Part shown: positions 49,875 to 58,123 of the stretch, piece after piece | How the letters are laid out: every line of letters begins with the position of its first letter | How positions within the stretch are numbered: the stretch's first letter is position 1 | Assembly (NCBI GenBank): GCA_963759805.1 | Contig: CAVXAT010000002.1 | Location: 32,001-96,000, forward strand | Direction of reading: 5' to 3' | Length of the DNA: 64,000 nucleotides | From: an uncultured bacterium | Lineage (GTDB): Bacteria; Babelota; Babeliae; Babelales; RVW-14 | Position numbers and translations under genes: made by a program | The notes under the pieces: model-generated | What the model was told of the DNA's origin: nothing | The model's input: the letters and a program-made list of their open reading frames with translations, nothing else | Database searches by the model: none

Positions 49875-50330
49875 CTAATAATTTAGGATTTTTTGAATTA
49901 CGAACCAATTAGGATTTTTTGAGTCTATATATCTTGCCCCTGCCGCTCTGAGTACAGCTAAGGCTTCCGTATGACCACTAGCATTATAAAACGGGCTATG
50001 GCCCTCATTATTAATAGCATTAACATCCGCTCCTGCTGCAATGAGTATTCTTATGCACTCTGCGTAGCCATATCTAGCAACCGCATGCAACACTGTCTCC
50101 CCATTTTCATCAGTCACATTGACAATATCTGGTCGCTGGGCAATTTGATTTCTGACAAAATCTAAATCGCCACGTCTTGCAGCTTCAATAAAGGCTTGAT
50201 GTGGACTAATTAGGCAACGTTTACGAAGTCCAGACGGAGTTGTAATAACTGGATTCTCCATTCCAAATGCCACAGAACCTGTAGCACCTGCTATCAATAT
50301 TGATAATATTGTTTTCTTGAATATTTTCAT
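49875..50330 (-). CDS. Small exported ankyrin-repeat protein
   Basis: Signal peptide ending FGM; D.NGET.LH.AR.G..E.IR.LI.AGADVNA.N..G.SP. Confidence 0.88.
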   Translation of the reverse strand: MKIFKKTILSILIAGATGSVAFGMENPVITTPSGLRKRCLISPHQAFIEAARRGDLDFVRNQIAQRPDIVNVTDENGETVLHAVARYGYAECIRILIAAGADVNAINNEGHSPFYNASGHTEALAVLRAAGARYIDSKNPNWFVIQKILNY

Positions 50331-50436
50331 AAAATAAACCTTTCGTACAACTGTTAATCTAATCTAAAATATAAAAATGTGTTGGATAGTCTAGTTAGAC
50401 AAATTATATTTAGCAACCATATTTTGGTGATATCAT

Positions 50437-50468
50437 AAAAAAGCCCCAGCAATTTTACATGCCGGAGC
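50437..50468 (-). terminator. Intrinsic terminator similar to 31938-31971
   Basis: Minus strand gctccggcatgtaaaattgctggggctttttt. Confidence 0.6.
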
Positions 50469-50505
50469 CTACAATTTCGATTGGTTTGATTAGCCTAGAA
50501 TATTT

Positions 50506-51225
50506 TTATCTTCCCCCTGCCGCCAAAAGCACTTTCGTACACACTGCGCTCACTGCACATCCATCTCTACTTGCATTAAACAATAGGGTGTGGCCATATT
50601 CATCAGTAGCATTGGGGTTCAAACCATTATCCAAAAGAATCGTTGCTATTTTTTGAGGTGTTAAGGAATATTCAAGTTCTATGCATAATTTACACAATCT
50701 TGTAATCGCTTCTTTTAATCCACTGTATTTGTTTAGATCCAATTCTGAAATTGTTCGCCTAAAACTAGACGGCTGGATCTGGATGCTAATTGGTAGGCGC
50801 AAAGATTCAGCCTCACCAGGTGAAGCAGGCGCTACGGCCGGCATATCCACCTGTTGTAAATAATTATGAGCAACAGCTTCTGTATTTTTAATAAATCCAC
50901 TTAAAAAGCTATCCAACATCATTGGATATAGTTCACCCCGCATAAAGCTTTTCACCAAAACTTCTTCTGGGCGAAATCCATGAAGAAATTGCTTATACTG
51001 AGCAATATACGAGCGTCTAAGCTGATTTATATCTGACTTTTTGGCTTCAGATTCAGAATCTGCTTGAATTATTCCTTCGCATGCTGCCTTAAATTCGCTA
51101 CATAAAGCTTTATCTTTGTCAATCATGGCTTTGCCTGTTGCGTCGACCATACCAAAGCTATTGGTAAAAAACAGGCCACTAGCTATTGCAAGCGTAGCTA
51201 ATGATTTGTAAGAAAACATCTTCAT
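50506..51225 (-). CDS. Exported protein with a C-terminal ankyrin repeat
   Basis: Signal peptide ending FGM; ILLDNGLNPNATDEYGHTLLFNA. Confidence 0.75.
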   Translation of the reverse strand: MKMFSYKSLATLAIASGLFFTNSFGMVDATGKAMIDKDKALCSEFKAACEGIIQADSESEAKKSDINQLRRSYIAQYKQFLHGFRPEEVLVKSFMRGELYPMMLDSFLSGFIKNTEAVAHNYLQQVDMPAVAPASPGEAESLRLPISIQIQPSSFRRTISELDLNKYSGLKEAITRLCKLCIELEYSLTPQKIATILLDNGLNPNATDEYGHTLLFNASRDGCAVSAVCTKVLLAAGGR

Positions 51226-51442
51226 AAAATAAACCTTCTGTTAAAAAGTAAAAATATTAATGATAACTACTATCTTTAAACTTATAGACTAATTGAAAAT
51301 AATCAAGCGAATGAAAATTTGCGACAAAACCTTATTTTTCTCTTAAAATTTGCAAAATGGCCTAAAGATGTGGTATGAAATAGCCATAGCTTGGTCAAAA
51401 CTACCCCCATATTTAAACCATTTAATGTCAAAGGATACTCTC

Positions 51443-52789
51443 ATGCGCAGATTAATTGATTATCATCTTGCAGCTTGGAAAACAAATCCATACCGAAAAT
51501 CGCTTCTTTTACATGGTGCGCGTCAAGTAGGGAAAACATACGCCATACGCCAACTAGGAAAATCTTTTGATAATTTCATTGAGGTAAATTTTGAATCCCA
51601 ACCAAAATTGAAAACGCTATTTGAGCACGATCTTGACCCAAAACGAATCTTGCGTGACCTTTGCGCGGCTATCAATGTGCAGCAACCCGTAGCCGGAACA
51701 ACGCTTCTTTTTTTCGACGAAATTCAGTCTGTTCCGCAAGCCATAATCTCATTGCGATATTTTTACGAAGAAATGCCGGAACTGCATGTCGTAGCCGCCG
51801 GATCACTCTTGGATTTTTCTATTCAACAAGTTGGCGTACCCGTAGGGCGCGTTCAATCATTGTATATGCATCCCATGTCGTTTATTGAGTATCTTGCAGC
51901 ACTAGGACATAAAATGGCTGTCGATGCCATTTTTAATCACGATTATGATCAGGAGATGAGTACTGTAATTCACGACAAACTTATTGGTTTGTTCGCGCAG
52001 TACAATGCGCTTGGCGGAATGCCTCAGGTCGTTGATGTATGGCGTAATTCACAGGATCTGCTTCAATGCGCTGCGATCCATCAGTCCTTACTCAGTAGCT
52101 ATCGTCAAGACTTTTATAAATATGCAAAACAAAAGCAGGTCCAACATTTAAGTGCCATTTTTGATAATATTCCTCTTCAGTTAGGCAGAAAATTTAAGTA
52201 TAGCGAAATTGAAGGCGGCTACCGCTCACGCGAGTTATCTCCAGGTCTTGATCTGCTTTGTACAGCCGATATTGCACAAAAAGTCTGGTACACTGCTGGA
52301 CAAGGAATTCCTCTTGGAGCACAAAAACGTCTTGATGATTTTAAGGTCATTTTGCTGGACGTGGGATTGAGCCAGGCAATCTTAGGATTACAACTTGGTG
52401 ATTGGTTGCTGCAACCTACTACAAATTTTGTTAATAAAGGCGAACATGTTGAAGCCCTTATTGGTCAAGAATTGCTGGCATATAACGATTCAATATATGA
52501 TACCGAACTTTATTATTGGCATCGGCACAAAGTCGGAGGTGAGGCAGAAATTGATTACCTTATACAAGAAAATGAATTTATAATACCAATCGAGGTCAAA
52601 AGTGGCAAGGGTACAACGCTAAAAAGCATGCATGTATTTCTTGAAAATCACCCACAATCTCCATACGGTCTTAGATTCTCAACTCAAAATTATTCGGTTT
52701 ACCAGAATATCCGGTCTTTGCCACTTTATGCTGTTGCAAGCGCTTTTTTGTCCAAGCAACGAGCTGCGTTTGAGTCTTTACAATCTTGA
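51443..52789 (+). CDS. AAA_14 + DUF4143-type ATPase with C-terminal PD-(D/E)xK-like domain
   Basis: GARQVGKT, FFDEIQ, AAGSLL, GGMP, YYW.R.....EIDYL.......PIEVKSG; ATG 51443 after an AAGGA RBS. Confidence 0.88.
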   Translation: MRRLIDYHLAAWKTNPYRKSLLLHGARQVGKTYAIRQLGKSFDNFIEVNFESQPKLKTLFEHDLDPKRILRDLCAAINVQQPVAGTTLLFFDEIQSVPQAIISLRYFYEEMPELHVVAAGSLLDFSIQQVGVPVGRVQSLYMHPMSFIEYLAALGHKMAVDAIFNHDYDQEMSTVIHDKLIGLFAQYNALGGMPQVVDVWRNSQDLLQCAAIHQSLLSSYRQDFYKYAKQKQVQHLSAIFDNIPLQLGRKFKYSEIEGGYRSRELSPGLDLLCTADIAQKVWYTAGQGIPLGAQKRLDDFKVILLDVGLSQAILGLQLGDWLLQPTTNFVNKGEHVEALIGQELLAYNDSIYDTELYYWHRHKVGGEAEIDYLIQENEFIIPIEVKSGKGTTLKSMHVFLENHPQSPYGLRFSTQNYSVYQNIRSLPLYAVASAFLSKQRAAFESLQS

Positions 52790-52816
52790 ACCGTTGATAG
52801 TGCGCTCGTCGTAGGC

Positions 52817-53518
52817 CTAATCACTAACTTGTAATTGAATCTGAAGGGGCTGTTCTAGCGAAACGATTGATCCGGAAATTGGTCGCTGGTCAATTACGTG
52901 GCAGTTGCCACAATTATGCTCTTCAGAGACACTGTGTGAATGTACAATTTCGGGCGCTACGTCATTTGAGCGTAAAAAATCTTTTACCTGTTCAACCAAA
53001 AAACCCTTAAAATTTGGAATAATAAAAAGAGGATAGCCTCCCATTGAAATGCATGTAACCATGCGCTTGCGAATAAGCTGCGCGCCTGGGCATGGATATT
53101 GAGCAACGCAGGTATTTCGCGGAGATGAGCAAAAAATATCTACATTAGAAACATCTATCTCGCTTCTACCTGAGCGGGTTTGAATATCTTTGGTGTTGCA
53201 CCCAAGAAAATCGGGCGCCTCGAGTAATGAAGGTTTTTTTGACACAGTTACGAAAACATTCTGATTTTGTCTAATTTTATTACCTGATTTGGGAATCTGG
53301 TCAAGAACTATCCCCTCCGGCATCGATACATCCTCCTGCTCGCGCATTAAGCGTATCCCTAGCCGCTGTTTGGACAGAATTGCAACACTTTCCTGCAACG
53401 ACCGACCAATAACATTGGGGGTTATGGTGGTCTCTTTTTGCATAAAAAGATAGGTACCCATGTACCCTAAAACAAATCCTATGAACGGTAATATCCAAAT
53501 TATTTTAATTTTTTTCAT
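52817..53518 (-). CDS. PASTA-domain membrane protein
   Basis: N-terminal TM; three PASTA-like units (PNVIG, PDFLG, PNFKG; V..Q.P..G). Confidence 0.82.
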   Translation of the reverse strand: MKKIKIIWILPFIGFVLGYMGTYLFMQKETTITPNVIGRSLQESVAILSKQRLGIRLMREQEDVSMPEGIVLDQIPKSGNKIRQNQNVFVTVSKKPSLLEAPDFLGCNTKDIQTRSGRSEIDVSNVDIFCSSPRNTCVAQYPCPGAQLIRKRMVTCISMGGYPLFIIPNFKGFLVEQVKDFLRSNDVAPEIVHSHSVSEEHNCGNCHVIDQRPISGSIVSLEQPLQIQLQVSD

Positions 53519-53544
53519 GTTTGTTGAAAACTCTGGGGCAATCC

Positions 53545-53958
53545 TTTTGGGCGACTTGTAAGCTGGATTCTGTAATTGAATATTACTTCAATCGACAACC
53601 ATTTATCTATGCGACATACCCGCGAGTATAAGGAACAGGTGACCAACTCGCTTACTTTGTCTTGCTCCGGATGGGGTTTTCCCACCAACCGCATTACTGC
53701 AGCTGTGCGTGCGCTCTTACCACACGGTTTCACCCTTACCCAGGATATGATACCCCGGGCGGTATATTTTCTGTGGCACTTTCCATGGGCTTACGCCCCC
53801 CTTATTTGTATAACCCCCGATTTTACTCAGTTGTCATCTTATAAGGCATCCAACCTGCTAGGAGTCCAGACTTTCCTCTCTTTACTGATTTAAACGGGCC
53901 CGATTCAAACGGAATCGTTTAAATACCGGTAAAAAGCGATTGCCCCGTACACCCAAAA
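53545..53958 (-). ncRNA. rnpB: RNase P RNA
   Basis: Minus strand GAGGAAAGTCTGGAC, GGAAAGTGCCACAGAAA, GGGTGAAACCGTGTGGTAAGAGCGCAC, AAACCCC..CCGGAGCAAG, ACAGAATCCAGCTTA; terminal pairing cttttgggtg / cgcccaaaag; exact ends approximate. Confidence 0.93.
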
Positions 53959-54409
53959 GAATTACTTTTGTTATTATTATATTAATAAAAATTTCAAAAA
54001 GAAAGTCAGCATTAAAAAATGGCTTATTAAGCAGCATTTTTCCAATCAAAAGATGATCAAAAAAGAGAATTCCTACGATTAATAGATAACAGACATACTC
54101 CTGCTTAGCATCAATTACCTCCCGTAGGTATGACATCAAAACTATGACAGGAATCAAAAAAAGAAGAATTAAACCGAATCTACCATTCAGAAAACAGTCC
54201 TGTAAAAGCAGCAAAATTATGGGAAAATAACAAAATTTAAACGATGCTTCAAAGCGATCCTGCTTTAGAGAATGAACAATAAAATAGATAAGTAAACTGT
54301 TCAGATACCACCCATTCCAAAAGGAGAATGCCACAAAATCCAGAAAAAAGAATACTAGTGCTATCATTTTTACCCAAAGATCATTTCTGCCCAAACTGTA
54401 CTGATTCAC
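53882..54409 (-). CDS. Multi-pass membrane protein, possibly MreD-like; 3' end overlaps rnpB
   Basis: About 5 TMs, LLLQD.FLNGRFGL motif; MreD assignment tentative. Confidence 0.6.
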   Translation of the reverse strand: MNQYSLGRNDLWVKMIALVFFFLDFVAFSFWNGWYLNSLLIYFIVHSLKQDRFEASFKFCYFPIILLLLQDCFLNGRFGLILLFLIPVIVLMSYLREVIDAKQEYVCYLLIVGILFFDHLLIGKMLLNKPFFNADFLFEIFINIIITKVILLGVRGNRFLPVFKRFRLNRARLNQ

Positions 54410-55358
54410 CGACTTTTAACAAATTTAAACTCTTACCGTCAAGCCTATCCGCACACTTTTCCCACGATCTCAACAACCCCTGCGCAGGAGCCGAGAAACT
54501 CTCGTATGCCGATTTAAAAGTTCCCCAGTGCATGGGAATAAAACATTTCGCATTCAGGTCTAAAAAACCCTTTATGGCTTCCATCGGACAAGTGTGCGCC
54601 TCGCTAATTAATTTACGAGGTTGAATTGGACCAATCGGCATCAATGCTATATCTATCCCCTGAAAAATTTTGCCTATTTTTTCAAAATGGTCAGCATATG
54701 CCGTGTCCCCAGCAAAATAAACTTTAAACCCTGAACACTCAATCATCCAACTACCCCACATAGTCCTATTAATATCATGAATACCCCGGCTGGTCCAGTG
54801 TACAGCCGGCAGGAATGTAAATTTTAAATTATCCCCAAAAACCTGCTCCTCCCACCATCTTTTTTCAATCACATTCTTAACGCCGCGTTGTTCAAGCCAT
54901 TTTTTGTTTCCATGAGGAACTAAAATTGTTGGTTGAAATTTAGCATTAAGAGCTTTAACACTTCTTAAATCCATATGATCAAGATGATTATGCGAGATTA
55001 TAACAAAATCAATTTTAGGAAGTTGATCAATCGTAAGTCCAGGCTTTAAAACCCGCGGTGCAAAAAACGAAAGATTAAAAAACACAGGATCAGTAATAAT
55101 ATTAATTCCGCCAACTTGAATCAAAAACGTAGAATGCCCAATCCATGTAACCATCGGATTATGACTTCGCTCCAGCACGTTTGCAACTTTAATCCAATTT
55201 TCAGGAGTAATTTGAACATCGCAAGCATATTTTTTTCTCACAGCCTTGCGAGCAATTTTCCCTGCAAAGCATCTTGCAGCCCTGAAAAGCCGTAAACCTA
55301 TCGAATCCCTATTGTGATTATAAAAACGTCCAATCCAGATATACGGCTTATTTTTCAT
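54381..55358 (-). CDS. MBL-fold metallo-hydrolase (NAPE-PLD/RomA-like)
   Basis: TWIGHSTFLI, TDPVF, SHNHLDHMD, PA.HW..RG, YFAGDT, PMHWGTF. Confidence 0.9.
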   Translation of the reverse strand: MKNKPYIWIGRFYNHNRDSIGLRLFRAARCFAGKIARKAVRKKYACDVQITPENWIKVANVLERSHNPMVTWIGHSTFLIQVGGINIITDPVFFNLSFFAPRVLKPGLTIDQLPKIDFVIISHNHLDHMDLRSVKALNAKFQPTILVPHGNKKWLEQRGVKNVIEKRWWEEQVFGDNLKFTFLPAVHWTSRGIHDINRTMWGSWMIECSGFKVYFAGDTAYADHFEKIGKIFQGIDIALMPIGPIQPRKLISEAHTCPMEAIKGFLDLNAKCFIPMHWGTFKSAYESFSAPAQGLLRSWEKCADRLDGKSLNLLKVGESVQFGQK

Positions 55359-55384
55359 AGTTAATCCCGATTAATCCCGCCGAT

Positions 55385-56647
55385 TTAAGAACAGATCACT
55401 GCGCAACCCAAGCAGATATCACCATCATAAAAGACGGCAAACTGCCCCGGCGCAATGCCCTGATCATTGCCCTCGATTTTTACGACGCCAGTAGTTGGGC
55501 CATTATCTCTCTTCTGGCACTCGCATCCTTCGACAGGCTCCAGCCGTCGCTCTTGGAGAGCTATGGCCGGCACGGCAGGACGAGCGCCATTAAGTAGGCG
55601 CGCTCGTGGTGAGCTTGTCGAACCATCACCCTGTGACGCGCCGGGTTTCATATTATCTGGGCCCAAAAGATCAAGCGTAGCTTTATACAAGCTTTCACCA
55701 TGCCTGATCTTAACTTGCAGATCGCGTTTTTCAGGCGCATGCTGCGCAATCCAGTTAAAATCACATACAGTAAACGTGTCTCTTGATTTATCTTCTGAGT
55801 AATAATTTTTTGAAATATAAACGATATTTTTAACCGTATCTTTTTTAACAACATACCACGGGCCGCCTGAAAGGCCTATCCCCTTGCGTTGGCCAACTGT
55901 GTAATACCAGAAACCCTCATGTTTTCCAACCACCTTGCCCGTCTCAAACTCAATCAAGTCCCCCTCACGCTCCTTCAGGTGATGTTTTATAAAATCACTG
56001 AATTTAATTTTGCCAAGAAAGCATATTCCTTGGCTGTCTTTGCGATATTTGGTCGGAAGATCAAATTTTTCAGCCAATGCTCTTACTTCGGATTTTAAAA
56101 GATGACCAATTGGGAAAAGGGCTCGGGACAACTGTTTTTGACTCAAACGTGCTAGAAAGTATGTCTGATCTTTAACCGGATCTTTGGCTTTTTTTAAAAC
56201 AAACAGGTCTTCGACCGGACCAGCTTCGCCTTGCCCATTGGCTTTAATCTTCTCGACTTGGGCATAATGCCCTGATGCAACTTTTTCAAATACCCCTGGC
56301 CTTAAACTGTCGATTTTGTCGTAGAAACATCCGAATTTAATGAACTGATTGCATAAAACGTCCGGGCTTGGCGTCCGTCCTGCCTGAATCTCTTTGATTG
56401 TGTATGCAACAATTTTATCATGATACTCCTGCTGCATGGGTATGATCTCAAGCGGAACTTGCAGTTTTTCACAAACTTTTTGAGCATAGTCCAAATCTTC
56501 CTGCCAAGGACAATTTCCAAGGTAAGAGAGCTCATCTTCAAGCCAAATCTTTAAGTAAAAGGCGGTCAGATCATGCCCCTGCTCTTTGAGCAACTGTAGG
56601 GCAACCGAACTATCAACCCCTCCGGAAAGTAAAACAGCTATTTTCAT
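55385..56647 (-). CDS. mnmA: tRNA-specific 2-thiouridylase MnmA with an in-frame ~42-aa element-derived insertion
   Basis: SGGVDSSVA, GRTP.PDV.CN..IKF, SGHYA, KDQTYFL, KDSQGICF, TVGQRKG, PGQFAVFY. Confidence 0.96.
   Translation of the reverse strand: MKIAVLLSGGVDSSVALQLLKEQGHDLTAFYLKIWLEDELSYLGNCPWQEDLDYAQKVCEKLQVPLEIIPMQQEYHDKIVAYTIKEIQAGRTPSPDVLCNQFIKFGCFYDKIDSLRPGVFEKVASGHYAQVEKIKANGQGEAGPVEDLFVLKKAKDPVKDQTYFLARLSQKQLSRALFPIGHLLKSEVRALAEKFDLPTKYRKDSQGICFLGKIKFSDFIKHHLKEREGDLIEFETGKVVGKHEGFWYYTVGQRKGIGLSGGPWYVVKKDTVKNIVYISKNYYSEDKSRDTFTVCDFNWIAQHAPEKRDLQVKIRHGESLYKATLDLLGPDNMKPGASQGDGSTSSPRARLLNGARPAVPAIALQERRLEPVEGCECQKRDNGPTTGVVKIEGNDQGIAPGQFAVFYDGDICLGCAVICS
55519..55645. mobile_element. 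Composite palindromic element (outer element plus 36-bp unit at 55541-55576) in frame inside mnmA
   Basis: Outer parts match 3858-3878 and 3948-4016 almost exactly; a different insert occupies the same gctc^agg position. Confidence 0.9.
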
Positions 56648-56765
56648 TTTGATATCAAAAAACACTAAAATTAACCGAATAAACCAATATTTTGCATATC
56701 TAAAATTATTGAATTAAATTGATTTTGTAAAGGCCAAAGCCTAAATTAAACAAATGGGGGAATAC

Positions 56766-58001
56766 ATGAATCTTAAAAACTACTATTCGATACTTATATT
56801 TTTGATTTTTGCGGGATGCGGCAATTCAAGTAACCACTTGACCGGCAATCAGATGACCGGACTTCGTACGCAAGCACAAATCTTTACACAAGCACAAAAC
56901 AACACTAAACAAGTACAAAACAAAACTCAAAGCGACAAATACACTTTGATAGTTTTTGTGCATGGCACAATTCTTCCACTTCCATCACCCAGCTGCTTGT
57001 TCTCTTCATTAAACGATCGTTTCGAAAAAAGGCAACCTGAAGAGCCAAGAGGAAAAAAGTCATGGTCTGATTACTATTATAACGAGTTAAGATATAAAAC
57101 TTTCGTTAAATGCCAACCAATTGCAAATTTAGGACTTGAGGACATAAACAAGTTATCCGTTAAAGATACCAAAAAATACCCATACACAAAGTTATCAGCA
57201 GACTTATATAACAACAGTTATAGCTTTGCAAATCAAAACAAACACTCAAATCTACATTTTTATACATTCGGGTGGGATGGCAGATTGAGGCAGAAAAGTC
57301 GAATTCATAGCGCAAAACTTTTATATAAGAGTCTCCTGACCGAAATAAATAGCCTAAAAAACAGATTTAAATTATCTGATCAAGATCTGGAACTAATTTT
57401 GGTTGGGCATAGCCACGGCGGTAACGTGTTGCTAAATCTTGCCCAAGCAGAAGCAGAATTCAAAAATAACCTAATAATCAACAAATTGATTTTGCTCGGG
57501 ACACCTGTTCAAAGTGAGACAGCAGAATTTATTAATCACATGATGTTTAAAAAAATTTACAGCTTCTACTCAACCAATGATATAGTCCAAATTATGGACA
57601 TCTTATCAACCCAAGATGATATCTCAAAAAGACGTTATAAAAACACTGATAAAAAATCAAAACTCGTACAGGTTGAGCTTGAAATTGGCAACAAAAGACC
57701 TTTGCACAACGAACTTTGGATGTTTGGCGACAAATCCAACATTCTTTACAGAAGCAAACTAGCAATTAATCCGTTACCTGCCTTTGTTTTCTTACCAATT
57801 ATAATAAACGAAATCGAAAATAAGCATCCTGGAGCCAACGAGCTACTGGCACATATTGATAAAGATAAAAATAAACAGTGCTTTACCGTAAAACTAAAAA
57901 ATAAAGTAAATAATCAAGACCAAACGATAACATCAATGCCTGCCAAAATTATGGCATTTAATAACCTTAATCCAGATAAGAAAAAAAAAAAACAGCTTTA
58001 A
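56766..58001 (+). CDS. Putative lipoprotein with alpha/beta-hydrolase motifs
   Basis: Lipobox FAGC; VFVHGT, F.WDG, GHSHGG nucleophile elbow, LGTP. Confidence 0.75.
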   Translation: MNLKNYYSILIFLIFAGCGNSSNHLTGNQMTGLRTQAQIFTQAQNNTKQVQNKTQSDKYTLIVFVHGTILPLPSPSCLFSSLNDRFEKRQPEEPRGKKSWSDYYYNELRYKTFVKCQPIANLGLEDINKLSVKDTKKYPYTKLSADLYNNSYSFANQNKHSNLHFYTFGWDGRLRQKSRIHSAKLLYKSLLTEINSLKNRFKLSDQDLELILVGHSHGGNVLLNLAQAEAEFKNNLIINKLILLGTPVQSETAEFINHMMFKKIYSFYSTNDIVQIMDILSTQDDISKRRYKNTDKKSKLVQVELEIGNKRPLHNELWMFGDKSNILYRSKLAINPLPAFVFLPIIINEIENKHPGANELLAHIDKDKNKQCFTVKLKNKVNNQDQTITSMPAKIMAFNNLNPDKKKKKQL

Positions 58002-58123
58002 AACTCCAAACACCGCAACTTTGTTAAACTATTTGGGTTGAGAAAATATTTATGTTAAATTAAACCATCTATTTTCAAAAGTATCTATATTTTGTATTGA
58101 AAATTAAAAAATTGGGATAATTA

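Noticed and set aside
53515..53893. Small ORFs 53515-53733, 53576-53893 and 53662-53844
   Set aside because: They lie within the RNase P RNA gene and are very likely spurious
55467..55802. Antisense ORF across the mnmA element (and the similar ORF at 9630-9821)
   Set aside because: Open only because the GC-rich palindromic element lacks stops; no start context
56205..56245. Possible decayed hairpin unit (ggcgaagctgg on the minus strand) in a second MnmA loop
   Set aside because: Only about 11 nt resemble the family, in a naturally variable loop; insufficient without ortholog alignment
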